A stretch of DNA of 64,000 nucleotides. Origin: a virus. Every line of letters starts with the position of its first letter. Position 1 is the first letter of the stretch. Below, piece after piece: positions 1-9,588 of this stretch. The stretch spans positions 36,467 to 100,466 of IMG/VR virus record IMGVR_UViG_3300036780_000119. The stretch is one strand, 5' to 3'. Made by a program: the position numbers and the translations under genes. The notes beneath the pieces are model-generated. The model had not been told where the DNA came from, ran no database searches, and saw only the letters and a program-made list of their open reading frames with translations.

Positions 1-582
1 CAGCAGCAGCGGATGCGATTTGACGGTCGTGTCGAGCTCGATCACAGGATCCTCCAGAACCGGGACAGGCGCAGGCGGCGGCGGTGCGGGCGGCGGGGTG
101 GTGGTGAAGAAGTCCGCAGTGAGGAGCGACTGGTCGAGGGTGCGGCCGAGCGCGGTGCTGGTCCACTGGGTGCCGTCGGCTTGCGGGTAGCCGCAGCCGG
201 TGCCGCAGATGTGCTCGCCGAGACCGTAGTGGGCGGTCCACAGCCGGTATTCGCTGCGGGCGTAACCGTTGGCGGTCATGGTGGCGATGAGGTCGGCGGC
301 CAGGCCGGCGCTGATGTAGAGGACGGGCCGGTGCAGGCCGCGCTGCCGCTGGCGGGTGAACCAGCCGTGCACCTGGGCGATGGTGGCGTCGCCGGTTTCC
401 ACGTCGAGGCAGTCGGCGTCTTCGCTGGCGGCGATGGCGATCGACAGCAGGTGCGCGCCGGGGAACATCCCGGTCAGGGTGACCCAGGTTGGCCACCGGC
501 CACCGACATAGCCGGCGTAGGCGGCGCCGCCGCGGGGAAGCTGGCCGGGGTTGATGCTGTCCCACATGGTGATACCGGTCAC
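1..582 (-). CDS. Endolysin, GH25-like muramidase catalytic domain (runs off the window; not in ORF track)
   Basis: GTG at 582 overlaps the upstream stop (GTGA). Translation VTGITMWDSINPGQLP..AYAGYVGG..CLDVETGD..RPVLY..LWTAHY..TQWT..LDQSLL followed by a Pro-rich linker; motifs fit GH25-type lysozymes; lies at the end of the lysis cassette. Confidence 0.8.
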   Translation of the reverse strand, partial: MTGITMWDSINPGQLPRGGAAYAGYVGGRWPTWVTLTGMFPGAHLLSIAIAASEDADCLDVETGDATIAQVHGWFTRQRQRGLHRPVLYISAGLAADLIATMTANGYARSEYRLWTAHYGLGEHICGTGCGYPQADGTQWTSTALGRTLDQSLLTADFFTTTPPPAPPPPAPVPVLEDPVIELDTTVKSHPLLL

Positions 583-971
583 GGCGGCTCCCCTTGCGCG
601 AGGTGGTGGCGGGTTTTCGCCGCGTGGTGGGCGTGGTGCAGGTCGCGGGCGGTGCGGTGGGGTTCGGGGTGGTGCCGCCAGCAGGCTCGTTCGCCGGCGG
701 CGGTGGTGCGCCGCGCATACCACCAGCAGCCGTCAACCGCGCATTGGTGGTGCCACCACAGCAGCGCGGCGATCAGGGGCCATTCGAAGACCCGCAGGCC
801 ACCTGCGAACCCCGACCACAGGCCATACCAGCCGCCGGGCTCGTCCCGGTTGCCGAGCAGGATGAAGGTTTCGTTGCGGACCTGCGGCCAGTAGACGACG
901 GCCAGTACCACGGCGGCGAGGATCGCGTTGCCGGCGGCCAGCCGCAGGGTCAGCCGCACCGTCGCACGCAT
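579..971 (-). CDS. Membrane protein with C-terminal Cys/His cluster (lysis cassette)
   Basis: Two hydrophobic segments, then HQCAVDGC..ACWRHH; ATG 971; coupled to the endolysin. Confidence 0.65.
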   Translation of the reverse strand: MRATVRLTLRLAAGNAILAAVVLAVVYWPQVRNETFILLGNRDEPGGWYGLWSGFAGGLRVFEWPLIAALLWWHHQCAVDGCWWYARRTTAAGERACWRHHPEPHRTARDLHHAHHAAKTRHHLAQGEPP

Positions 972-984
972 GCCGGTCAGGTGG

Positions 985-1191
985 TCAGGGTTTGCGCCAT
1001 GGCGTGTACGCCCAGGCCAGGTGCAGGGCGGTGAGCGCCAGCCCGGCCAGGGTGAAATCGGTGACGTAGCTGCCGGCGTGGCCACCGGTGATGTGCAGGA
1101 TCAGCGCGACAGCGAACGCGGCGACGGCGAGGACAGCCCACATGAGCATCACGTTCCTGGTGGCGGGGGATGGGGCCGCCGGCTGGTGCAC
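985..1191 (-). CDS. Small 2-TM membrane protein, holin candidate
   Basis: Two TM helices with basic C-terminus (PWRKP); position upstream of the lysin. Confidence 0.6.
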   Translation of the reverse strand: MHQPAAPSPATRNVMLMWAVLAVAAFAVALILHITGGHAGSYVTDFTLAGLALTALHLAWAYTPWRKP

Positions 1192-1271
1192 CCCCCCTTG
1201 CCAGCGGCCGGGGCGGGCGCAGAAGCCGGGTAGGGGGACCAGCCGGCGGCGGCCTGGTCAGCGGGCGATGT

Positions 1272-1646
1272 TCACTGTTTTCGCAGCCGTTCGGTCGCGG
1301 CGGACAGGTTGCTGCCGCGTTTGTGCAGCTGGCGGCGGACCTGGATGTCCATTCCGCTGTTGATCAGCCAGATGCCCTGCACGACGGTGAACACCACCAG
1401 CGCTTCGGGGCCGAGCGTGCCGGCGCCGGGGATCCGCACCCCGGCGACCGCCACGGCGGCGGCAGTGGTGTAGATGCAGGCGGCCAGGACCCGGCAGGCG
1501 GCGGTGCGGACGTACCCGTGGCCGGCGCGGCGCTCAGCGTCATAGGAGGCGTGCTGGCGCCACAGGTGGGCCAGGGCGGCGGATTGCAGGATGAGGCTGG
1601 CGCAGGACACCGCCAGCATCATCAGCAGCAGCGGGGACGTGTTCAC
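1272..1646 (-). CDS. 3-TM membrane protein (lysis cassette)
   Basis: Three hydrophobic segments, basic tail, GTGA coupling. Confidence 0.7.
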   Translation of the reverse strand: MNTSPLLLMMLAVSCASLILQSAALAHLWRQHASYDAERRAGHGYVRTAACRVLAACIYTTAAAVAVAGVRIPGAGTLGPEALVVFTVVQGIWLINSGMDIQVRRQLHKRGSNLSAATERLRKQ

Positions 1647-1999
1647 GGGGAGATGTCCCGGCCCCGCAGCAGCCGCTGCAGGCTTTCCACGTCCCGTTCG
1701 AGTTCCTCGATGCGTTTGCGGTCGAGCGCCCGTTCACGTCCGTGCCGGGTTTCCTGCTCGCCCAGCTGCCGTTCGTAGTCCTCACGCATGCGGTCCATTT
1801 CGGTGCGCAACCGCTGGATCTCCCTGTCCAGAGCACTGTTCAGCTTCGTCCAGGACGCGACGTCGGTGGCGTCGCGGTCGTGCTCGGCGCGGTTCTTGTC
1901 CTTGGCGGACTGGCGCCACACCGTCACGATGGCGGCGGCGGCGCCGATGCCCGCACCGGCCGCGCCGAGCCACGCAGTGAGGTCGACCGGGCTAGCCAT
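1643..1999 (-). CDS. Single-TM coiled-coil protein (actinophage lysis accessory type)
   Basis: ATG 1999; N-terminal TM then heptad-rich charged helix (LDREIQRLRTEMDRMRE...). Confidence 0.75.
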   Translation of the reverse strand: MASPVDLTAWLGAAGAGIGAAAAIVTVWRQSAKDKNRAEHDRDATDVASWTKLNSALDREIQRLRTEMDRMREDYERQLGEQETRHGRERALDRKRIEELERDVESLQRLLRGRDISP

Positions 2000-2555
2000 C
2001 GGCGTCGGCGCGCGGCAGGGAGGCGGGCCGGTTGCGTTCCTTTCCGACCAGGACCCCGGCACGCAGCAGGACGTAGCTGAATATGGCCCAGCTGGTCCAG
2101 GTCTCTGGGGTGGTGGCGGAGTTGGTGATCCAGCGGACGATGAACGCCACGTCCCAGCTGGCGGTGAGCATGACGGCCAGCAGGACCGCGGAGTAGGCCA
2201 GCCACGGCGGCCGGGGGCGGAACGCGCCGGCCAGCAGCAGGACAGCGGACACGCCGAAGAACACGCCCCACGTCCCGGTGGGCATGATGATCAGCAGGTT
2301 GTGGTAGGCGGGTGTGCGGTGCCAGCGCTGGGACTGGAACGCCAGTGACCAGGAGTAGATGGCGTAGGTGAGTCCCATGACCAGCATGTGTGATCCGGAC
2401 GCGCCGATGGGGCGCGGGATCTTGCGGGGCAACCGGGGCACGGTGTTCCCTCTCTGCCGGGAGGATCCGGCTGCCCGCTGCATCGCCACCACGGTTACCA
2501 GCGAGATGAACACCGCCGTGACGGTGATCAGCAGCACGGCGTTACCGCTCATCAC
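1992..2555 (-). CDS. Multi-TM membrane protein
   Basis: About 5 hydrophobic segments; overlaps neighbours. Confidence 0.7.
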   Translation of the reverse strand: MMSGNAVLLITVTAVFISLVTVVAMQRAAGSSRQRGNTVPRLPRKIPRPIGASGSHMLVMGLTYAIYSWSLAFQSQRWHRTPAYHNLLIIMPTGTWGVFFGVSAVLLLAGAFRPRPPWLAYSAVLLAVMLTASWDVAFIVRWITNSATTPETWTSWAIFSYVLLRAGVLVGKERNRPASLPRADADG

Positions 2556-2991
2556 GGACCCGGTAGGACAGCAGGGCGGCGGTGTACAAGAGGGCGGTCA
2601 GGATGACTGGCAGCTGGTCGCCGAGGATGAACGGCCAGGGCCGCGGCACACCGTCCGCGTAGTGGCCTGCGGCGGTGGCGTGCAGGGCCGCGCCGGCGCT
2701 CATCAGCAGCAGGGTCTGCTGCGGCACGAGCAGCACCGGCAGCAGCCGGCCGCGGCGGGCCAGCGGGGCCGCCAGTGCGGCGGACGCGCAGGTGACCAGC
2801 GCGGCCAGCGCACCCCACCGGCCACCGGACACGGCCACGACCGCGGACACGGGTGTTGAGTGCATAGCCTCGGGGCTGGCCGCCAGCAGGACGCTCCAGG
2901 CGTAGTGCAGGACACACGCGTACCAGACGATGACCCGGCCCGGTCTGCGTGCCATCAGGGGAAGGCGGCGGGGCGCAGGTCCAGTCACCAC
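2542..2991 (-). CDS. 4-TM membrane protein
   Basis: Four hydrophobic segments; start uncertain (2991 or 2955). Confidence 0.65.
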   Translation of the reverse strand: MVTGPAPRRLPLMARRPGRVIVWYACVLHYAWSVLLAASPEAMHSTPVSAVVAVSGGRWGALAALVTCASAALAAPLARRGRLLPVLLVPQQTLLLMSAGAALHATAAGHYADGVPRPWPFILGDQLPVILTALLYTAALLSYRVRDER

Positions 2992-3012
2992 GCCTCCGCC
3001 CGCCGGTCCGGT

Positions 3013-4335
3013 CTAAGGGAAGGTGGCCATCAGCAGCCCCGGCCGGGCCGGGGCGGATGTCACTTCGACGTCGACCCAGTAGTTCTGCGCCAGCCCATCC
3101 ACGTACAGGTAGGGGTAGGTGTCGGAGCCGGCGCCGGACACGGGCTGGTAGAAGGTCGCCTGCCCCGGCTCGGTGATCGTCCCGGAGCTGTTGCTGTACG
3201 GCGGCGTGCCGGCGGGATTGCTGCCGTTGAACAGGTAGGCGGACGACGCGCTGGCCAGGGCGGGTGCGGTGAGCGGCCCGTTGACGAGGTCGGCGTTGGT
3301 GTAGCCGTAGCCGAGGGAGAACCCGGCATTGGCCTGGCCTTGCGGATCCCAGAAGTACAGCGACTTGGCGCCCCACCCGTCTGGGGTGGCGTTGCTGTTG
3401 TACACGCTGGCCTTGTACGACCCGGCGGGCAGCGTCACCCCGCTGAACGTGCAGTACAGCCAGCCCGCCCCGGCCGTGCCCGTGGTGCCGTCCGGGTTCT
3501 TCCACGCCGGGGAGCTGGCGGTGGTGGCCTTCGTGCCGGAGTTAGCCCCGGTGATCGCCCAGATGTCACAGGTGGTGGCGAGCTGCGCGGCACCCGGCGG
3601 CGAGTAGTACCACAGCTTGCCCAGCGTGCACGTGGCGGACAGGTGGAACTCGGTCGCGATCGAGTAGTTGACGGAGGCATCGAACGTGACGGACGGGTTG
3701 GCGCACTTCTGGTTGACCTTCGGCCCGAAGATCGAGTACGGGCCGGTCCAGGTGGACGGCGCGGTGTCGGACACCTGGACGTCGAGCCAGAAGTTGTCCT
3801 CACTGGACAGGGACTGCGGGAAGCTGGCGGCCGGTGCCGCGCCGGACGTGTCGAACGTAACCGGGCCGTTCGCCCACATGTCCTTGTTTGCCGTACCACC
3901 GTTCTGAGGAGAGGAGAACCCGACAAGTGGCCCGTTGATGATCCCGGCCGCGCCCGGCGTGCCAGCGCCGCCCCAGTAGCCGCTAGTGTCGGGGAACCCG
4001 TGCGACGGGGTCCACCCAGTCACCGCCATGTAGCACTGGCCGAAGCCGAGTTCGACGGGTGTGGCCAGTGCGGTGAAGTTCCACGAGTCCGCGGTCAGCG
4101 CCGCAGAGGTGACGGTGCTGTTCGGCACCAGGACGCCAGAGCTACTAGCATTCATCTGCCACAGGGCGAACGGCTGCGCGGCGGTGTCTCCACCGGTCGG
4201 CACCCACCACCAGTAGCCGGTGAACCACATGCCGGCCTTGGTCACCTGGAACTGCATCCCCACGCGGAACGGGGTGCTGGTGTAGGCGACGAGCGAGCCG
4301 CCGTTGGTGGACGGCCACAGCCGGTAGGTGGTCAC
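3013..4335 (-). CDS. Minor tail/virion protein with two tandem DUF4082-like beta-sandwich domains
   Basis: Repeated GMQFQV..YWW..NFWLDVQV and ATEFHL..WYYSP..NYWVDVEV signatures. Confidence 0.7.
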   Translation of the reverse strand: MTTYRLWPSTNGGSLVAYTSTPFRVGMQFQVTKAGMWFTGYWWWVPTGGDTAAQPFALWQMNASSSGVLVPNSTVTSAALTADSWNFTALATPVELGFGQCYMAVTGWTPSHGFPDTSGYWGGAGTPGAAGIINGPLVGFSSPQNGGTANKDMWANGPVTFDTSGAAPAASFPQSLSSEDNFWLDVQVSDTAPSTWTGPYSIFGPKVNQKCANPSVTFDASVNYSIATEFHLSATCTLGKLWYYSPPGAAQLATTCDIWAITGANSGTKATTASSPAWKNPDGTTGTAGAGWLYCTFSGVTLPAGSYKASVYNSNATPDGWGAKSLYFWDPQGQANAGFSLGYGYTNADLVNGPLTAPALASASSAYLFNGSNPAGTPPYSNSSGTITEPGQATFYQPVSGAGSDTYPYLYVDGLAQNYWVDVEVTSAPARPGLLMATFP

Positions 4336-4336
4336 G

Positions 4337-6268
4337 TCAGTAGCCGAGCCCGCTTCCGAGGTAGCACCATTTGCTGATGCTCGCCACGTACTCGAACGCC
4401 GCGATATCGACCTTCCCGGCGGCGGTGGACAGGGTGGGTGCGGAGGCGGTGCCGAAGTCGTAGGCGGTGCCGTAGGCGAGGGTGAACGAGCCGCCAGTGC
4501 CCTGGGTGATACGGAACCGGATCACCTGCCCGTCCACCGGGTTCGTGGGGTTGGCCAGGGTGCCGGTGGACGCGGTCAGGGTCAGGCTGAACGCGTTGCC
4601 CAGCGCGGCGTTGACCGCGATCGTCGTGCCGAACGTGAGCGCCACCACGGCCGGGGCCAGCCAGCCCGTCATCGTGCCGCCCGCCTGCGGCAGCGGCGTG
4701 GACGCGAACCCCGGGCTGGGGTAGGTGCCGGACAGGACCCCACCCGCGGCCCCGTTCGGCGGCAGCGCGGTGGGGATCTGGCCGAACGCGGCGGCGTCCT
4801 GCGCGCCCGTGCCGTTGACCAGGCCGGTGACCTTGTGGGAGCCCATCGCGATCGCACCGGACATGGTGCCGCCGGCCTTCTGCAGCGCCAGAGCTTCGGC
4901 CGTCTGCGCCCGGCTGGTTTCGGCGGCGACGGCGGTGGTCACGAACGCGTCGGTGGCGATCTTGGTGGAGTTGTCGGCCGCTGTCTGTGTCGGTGCCGTG
5001 GGTGAGCCGGTCAGCGCCGGGGACGCCAGCGGGGCCAGGAGGGTTTCGGCTGCCTGGGCGCGCGTCTTCTCCGCGCCGGTGGCGCTGTCCGCGTAGGCCG
5101 TCGTGGCGAGCTTCGTGGAGTTGTCCAGCGCGGCTGGTGTCGGCGCGGTTGGTGTGCCTGTCAGCGCCGGGCTTGCCTTGGGTGCGAGCAGGGCTTCCGC
5201 CGCCTCAGCCCGCGTGGTCTCGGCACCGATGGCGGTCGCGTTCGCGCCTTCGGCGGCCTGCGCCCGCGTGGTCTCCACGGTGACGGCGGCGTCGGTGTAG
5301 GCGGTGGTGGCGATGGCCGCCGAATCGGTCAGGGCGCCCTGCGTCGGCGCGGTGGGTGTCCCGGTGAGTGCCGGGCTGGCGAGCGGGGCCAGGAGGGCTT
5401 CGGCGGTCTCGGCGCGGCTGGTCTCCGCGGCGGCGGTCCCGGCGGCGTCGAACGCGGACGTGCTCTGGGTGGCGGCCGTGCCGAGCCCGAGGCTGGTGCG
5501 TGCCGTGGCGGCGGACGTGAGGTCGGACAGGTTGCTGGTTTTCTGCAGTGCAGCCGTCTCGGCCGTCTCGGCGCGGGTGGTTTCGGTGGCCACGGCTGAG
5601 GTGGTGAAACCTTCGGCTGCCGTCTGGGCTGCTGAGGCGGCACCGGCCGCGTCCGCGCCCACGTCGGCTGCGGTGAGTTCCACGGCGCCGGTGTGGCCGT
5701 TGACCGAACTGACCGCGCCGCCGCCGCCGGTGGCTGGCTGCCAGGAGCCGTTGCCGTCGGCGTCTGATGTCCACACGTACCCGGCTGCGGCGCCGGCGGG
5801 GATGCGCAGCCCGTTGCCGAGGATCAGCAGCCCGGACAGGGTGCCGCCGGTCAGTGGCAGGTAGCTGGTCAGGCCGGCGGTGGAGGTGGCCGGGATCAGC
5901 TGGGACAGGTCGATGGGGTCGGGGGTGGACGGGATTTGGCAGAGGAACCCGTAGTCGGGGACGCCGGTGATCTGGAAGGTGACCTGATACAGCCAGCCGG
6001 CCGGGGCCAGGCCGGCCGCGTCGGTTGGGGTGAGGGTGAGCCCGGCCGTGCCGCCGGCGCCGGTGACCTGGCCGGCCGGGTCAAGCGGGGCGGTGACACC
6101 GGCCATCGGGATGACGGTTTCCCCGGCCGGGTCGGTGATCACGGTGATGACCGGGTCGCCGAAGGAGTCGTAGGTGCCGGTGGCGGGGGTGAGCACGACC
6201 TGCCCGGTGGCGGGCTGCTGGGCGGCGTCCAGGACGGTGCCGGTCAGCGTCACAGCGGGCAGCGTCAC
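4337..6268 (-). CDS. Tail fibre protein
   Basis: Ala/Thr-rich; VSSVNGHTGAV motif; repeated LAPLASPALTGTPTAPT and ETTRAEAAE units typical of fibres. Confidence 0.85.
   Translation of the reverse strand: MTLPAVTLTGTVLDAAQQPATGQVVLTPATGTYDSFGDPVITVITDPAGETVIPMAGVTAPLDPAGQVTGAGGTAGLTLTPTDAAGLAPAGWLYQVTFQITGVPDYGFLCQIPSTPDPIDLSQLIPATSTAGLTSYLPLTGGTLSGLLILGNGLRIPAGAAAGYVWTSDADGNGSWQPATGGGGAVSSVNGHTGAVELTAADVGADAAGAASAAQTAAEGFTTSAVATETTRAETAETAALQKTSNLSDLTSAATARTSLGLGTAATQSTSAFDAAGTAAAETSRAETAEALLAPLASPALTGTPTAPTQGALTDSAAIATTAYTDAAVTVETTRAQAAEGANATAIGAETTRAEAAEALLAPKASPALTGTPTAPTPAALDNSTKLATTAYADSATGAEKTRAQAAETLLAPLASPALTGSPTAPTQTAADNSTKIATDAFVTTAVAAETSRAQTAEALALQKAGGTMSGAIAMGSHKVTGLVNGTGAQDAAAFGQIPTALPPNGAAGGVLSGTYPSPGFASTPLPQAGGTMTGWLAPAVVALTFGTTIAVNAALGNAFSLTLTASTGTLANPTNPVDGQVIRFRITQGTGGSFTLAYGTAYDFGTASAPTLSTAAGKVDIAAFEYVASISKWCYLGSGLGY
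4880..5600 (-). repeat. Coding repeats in the tail fibre (3x LAP(L/K)ASPALTG(T/S)PTAPT..IATxA; about 6x E(T/K)(T/S)RAxxAE)
   Basis: Visible in the translation and DNA; boundaries approximate. Confidence 0.8.
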
Positions 6269-6271
6269 CGC

Positions 6272-6397
6272 TTACCCCCTTCCTGACGGCTGCACGAGGT
6301 AACTGCCGGTGAGGACGGTGGTTTCGCCGGTGGCCGGGTCGGTGACGGTGAAGGTGACCTCGCGGCTGGCCGGCGGCGGCGGGGCGAGGACCGGCAC
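6272..6397 (-). CDS. 41-aa ORF, partial duplicate of the upstream gene (not in ORF track)
   Basis: VPVLAPPPPASREVTFTVTDPATGETTVLTGSYLVQPSGRG fills the intergenic gap and shares TVTDPxTGET..xTGS with 6402-6722. Confidence 0.5.
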   Translation of the reverse strand: MPVLAPPPPASREVTFTVTDPATGETTVLTGSYLVQPSGRG

Positions 6398-6401
6398 CGG
6401 A

Positions 6402-6722
6402 TCAGGCGGCGGTCGCGGTGAACGTGGCGGTGAACACGGTGCCGGCCTGGCTGGAGGTGCCGGCTGACCACTGGATAGGCGCGTCGGTTTCCGACACCGA
6501 GGCCTGCAGCGGGTTGGGCACGCCGGTCACGTCGAAACTGCCGGTGACCGGGCTGGTTTCGCCGGTGCCCGGGTCGGTGACGGTGCCGTCCAGGGTGCGG
6601 GTCACCGTTGAGGCGTTCTCGCTGGTGGCGGTGAGTGTGGCGGTCACCGGGGCGCCGTAGCTGTAGCCGCCGTCCGGCTCATCGAAGGTCAGCTGGGCGT
6701 TACCGGGTGCGGTCATGGGCAT
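6402..6722 (-). CDS. Small beta-rich (Ig-like) virion protein
   Basis: Thr/Val-rich alternating pattern; good RBS (GGAAGGA). Confidence 0.7.
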   Translation of the reverse strand: MPMTAPGNAQLTFDEPDGGYSYGAPVTATLTATSENASTVTRTLDGTVTDPGTGETSPVTGSFDVTGVPNPLQASVSETDAPIQWSAGTSSQAGTVFTATFTATAA

Positions 6723-6779
6723 GGTCCTTCCAGGAAGGGGGGGGGGAAGTGCGGGAGGGTTTGCCTGGTGCCGGTTCTG

Positions 6780-9587
6780 CTAGTTCCAGGCACCGCTTAC
6801 CGGGGTGTGGATCGTGGCGGCCTGCCACGTGCCGCCCTGCACGGACATGGGCTGCGGGAACAGCCAGGTGATGCCGATGAGCACTTGCAGTTCGGCCATG
6901 CCGCCGGCCGGGCCGGCCGCGGGAACGATGATGATCGTCAGCGTCGCCGACGCTGTGGACCCGTTGGCGTCGGTGACGGTGAACTGCGGGCTGTAGGAGC
7001 CGGGTGCGGTGGGTGTGCCGGTGATCGCCCCGGTCACAGTGCTCAGCGTCAGCCCCGGCGGCAGCGCCCCGGCAGTGACCGACCAGGTGTAGGGGCTGGT
7101 GCCGGACGTGACAGCCAGCACCGTTCCTGTGTAGGCGGTGCCGGTGGTGCCGCCAGTCACCGCCGTGGTGGTGATCACCGGGGCGGTGGAGGTGATGGTG
7201 ATGGTGAACGACCCGGGCGCGGTCACCCCGTTGGCGTCGGTCACGGTGATGGTGACCGGCTGGGCGGTGACCGCCCCGGTGGGGGTGCCGTGGATCGTCC
7301 CGGCGGTGCCGGTGGCCGACCCGTCACCGTCGAGCAGCAGCCCGGCTGGCAGCGACCCGGCGGTGACCGCGAACGTGTACGGCGTGGTGCCCTGGGTGGC
7401 GGTCACCACCACCGGGTTGCCGCCGGTCTTGGTGTAGGCGGTGCCGGTCTTGCCGTTGGGCAGGCTGGTGGTGGTGATGGACAGCACCGCCGCGGTGAGG
7501 GTGGTCAGCACGGCCGCCCAGCCGTTGGCCTTGGTGACCGCCGAATAGCTGGGGGCTGCGGTGGCGGTCAGCGCCTGGGTGCCTGCGGACAGGTCGTCGG
7601 CGGTGCACATCTGCCAGACGCTGGGCGCGCTGGACGCCAGGTGCGCGGCCTGCGTGTACCCGGACGGGACGGTCCAGGTGCCGGATGGGCTGGTGGCGTG
7701 GAAGGCGGCCACCGCCAGCAGCGCCATCGAGTCCGCGGCGTTCGGGGCACCGGCTTTGATCGGCATCGTGGCCGTGCCGGTCAGGCTCGCCGCGAATTTA
7801 GAACACTGGTTGTAGATGTAGTTGAGGCCGGGCAGCAGATCGTAGGCGGTGACGAAAAACCCGGCCTGGTTGCCGGCGCTGGAGTAGCTGATGGCGCTGC
7901 CGCCGGAGCTGCCGGCCAGGTAACACACGTCACCCGAGGGCGCGGGGGAGGAGGCGACGAAGTAGAACCCCTCGGTGAACCCGCCCGGCATGGTGGTGTT
8001 GGCGGCCAGCCACAGCTTGTCCCCGGCGTGGAAGGTCATCCCGGGCACGGTGAACTTGGCCGCGCCGCCGCTGCCGGAGGTGACGGTGGCCGCTTGCAGG
8101 ATTTCCCCGTCGGGCAGGATGTTGTACTCCGGGTTATTCGCCCCGGAGAACCAGTTGATGCAGGCCACCGGCTTGCCGGCGGCGAGCCGGGCGGCCATCA
8201 CATCGCCGACGTAGTTCATCCACGGCTTCTGCGTCTGGCCGCCGTCGCCGGGGCTGGCCCAGCCGGCGAAATAGAACTGGTTTTTCACCGGGTAGTTGGT
8301 GACGCCCTGCTGGGACATGCCAAGCTCAGCGACACCGAACGGGACCGGGTAGGGCAGGTGCTGGTCGGCGTAGTCCATCATCGACTTGCCGGGGCCACCC
8401 TGGGATGCCTGCGCAAGGCCGTTCGGCTGGTCCAGGTAGTAGGTCGGCGGCCCGTTGGTGTAGGTGTTGCCGTACATATCAGCGACGATGAAAAAAACGA
8501 ACTGGTCGCCGGGGTAGTACTGGTAGTAGTTGCCCTGGGTGGAGTGGTTGGTGGCCCAGTCCACCCCCACCGGCGTGAACCCGTACGGCCGGGCGGGCAG
8601 CCCCGGGTTGCCGGCCAGGCCCCAGTTCGGGTGCGCGTCCGCGAACAGGATCGCCGGGGCGTAGTAGTTGTAGTAGGCGTTGTACACCGGCCCGGAGCCG
8701 CTGAACGAGCCGCCGTTCGGCTCCTGCCAGACGGTCACCCACAACTGCGGCGGCTGCGTCCACGCGGGGCTGGCCGCCCAGGCGGTGGCCATCGCCTGCT
8801 GGAGGATGTTGACCGTCGTGGCCAGGTGCGAATAGTCGCCGGACGGGCTGGCCGGGTCCGCGCCGTTCAGCGACTGGGACGGCTTGACGCACAGCAGGAC
8901 CGACGTGCCCGCGTTGATCAGGTCGAGCAGGTCGCCGGGCAGCCCGTTCGGGTTGCCGCCGGTGGACGGGCTGGAGTTGAGGATGTACTGCTGGCCGGAT
9001 TCCTGGGCGGTGCCGGACCCAAGGAACCACTTCTGCATGTGGATGGCTATCGGCCCGGCCAGGGTGGTGCCGTCGACGGAGGACGCAGCGGTGTTCACCC
9101 AGTTGGCCAGGTTCAGCCGGCCGGAGGTGGGGGCGTGGCCACCGGGGTCGCCGCCGTACCCGCTGGGCAGTGTGGTGGCGCCGACAAACCCCGCGGACTG
9201 GCCGGAGTTGACCGCTACCGTCTCGATGATCGGGTAGGACCCGGCGGGCAGGCTGTATTCTTTCAGGCCGCCGTGGCAGTTCACCCCCACCTGGGCGGCG
9301 GGCAGGGTGAACGACACGGAGGTGAGGCCGCCGGGCTGGCTGGCGCCGGGCAGCATCCACGTCTCCACCCGGCCCGCGCCGCCGGCCGCTGAGACGGCCA
9401 GCTGAACCCAGTTGCCGTCCGGCGGTGTGAACGGGACCGCGGGTGCCGGGGCGAGCACCATGGCCAGCAGCATGTTCCCGGCGGTTGTCGGGGTAAATGT
9501 GGACCCGGTCTTGGCGGTGGTGAGCGCCACGGTGCCGTTGCCGGTGCACTGCGGCCCAGTCTGCACCGTCGTGAACTTGGCGGTCAC
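6780..9587 (-). CDS. Tail-associated protein with GH26-like glycoside hydrolase domain and two C-terminal putative Ig (He_PIG-like) domains
   Basis: VWQEPNG, YYPGD..DMY, PFGVAELG and INWF motifs; GTTPYTF..GSLPAGL..GTIHGTPT repeated twice. Confidence 0.75.
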   Translation of the reverse strand: MTAKFTTVQTGPQCTGNGTVALTTAKTGSTFTPTTAGNMLLAMVLAPAPAVPFTPPDGNWVQLAVSAAGGAGRVETWMLPGASQPGGLTSVSFTLPAAQVGVNCHGGLKEYSLPAGSYPIIETVAVNSGQSAGFVGATTLPSGYGGDPGGHAPTSGRLNLANWVNTAASSVDGTTLAGPIAIHMQKWFLGSGTAQESGQQYILNSSPSTGGNPNGLPGDLLDLINAGTSVLLCVKPSQSLNGADPASPSGDYSHLATTVNILQQAMATAWAASPAWTQPPQLWVTVWQEPNGGSFSGSGPVYNAYYNYYAPAILFADAHPNWGLAGNPGLPARPYGFTPVGVDWATNHSTQGNYYQYYPGDQFVFFIVADMYGNTYTNGPPTYYLDQPNGLAQASQGGPGKSMMDYADQHLPYPVPFGVAELGMSQQGVTNYPVKNQFYFAGWASPGDGGQTQKPWMNYVGDVMAARLAAGKPVACINWFSGANNPEYNILPDGEILQAATVTSGSGGAAKFTVPGMTFHAGDKLWLAANTTMPGGFTEGFYFVASSPAPSGDVCYLAGSSGGSAISYSSAGNQAGFFVTAYDLLPGLNYIYNQCSKFAASLTGTATMPIKAGAPNAADSMALLAVAAFHATSPSGTWTVPSGYTQAAHLASSAPSVWQMCTADDLSAGTQALTATAAPSYSAVTKANGWAAVLTTLTAAVLSITTTSLPNGKTGTAYTKTGGNPVVVTATQGTTPYTFAVTAGSLPAGLLLDGDGSATGTAGTIHGTPTGAVTAQPVTITVTDANGVTAPGSFTITITSTAPVITTTAVTGGTTGTAYTGTVLAVTSGTSPYTWSVTAGALPPGLTLSTVTGAITGTPTAPGSYSPQFTVTDANGSTASATLTIIIVPAAGPAGGMAELQVLIGITWLFPQPMSVQGGTWQAATIHTPVSGAWN

Positions 9588-9588
9588 G

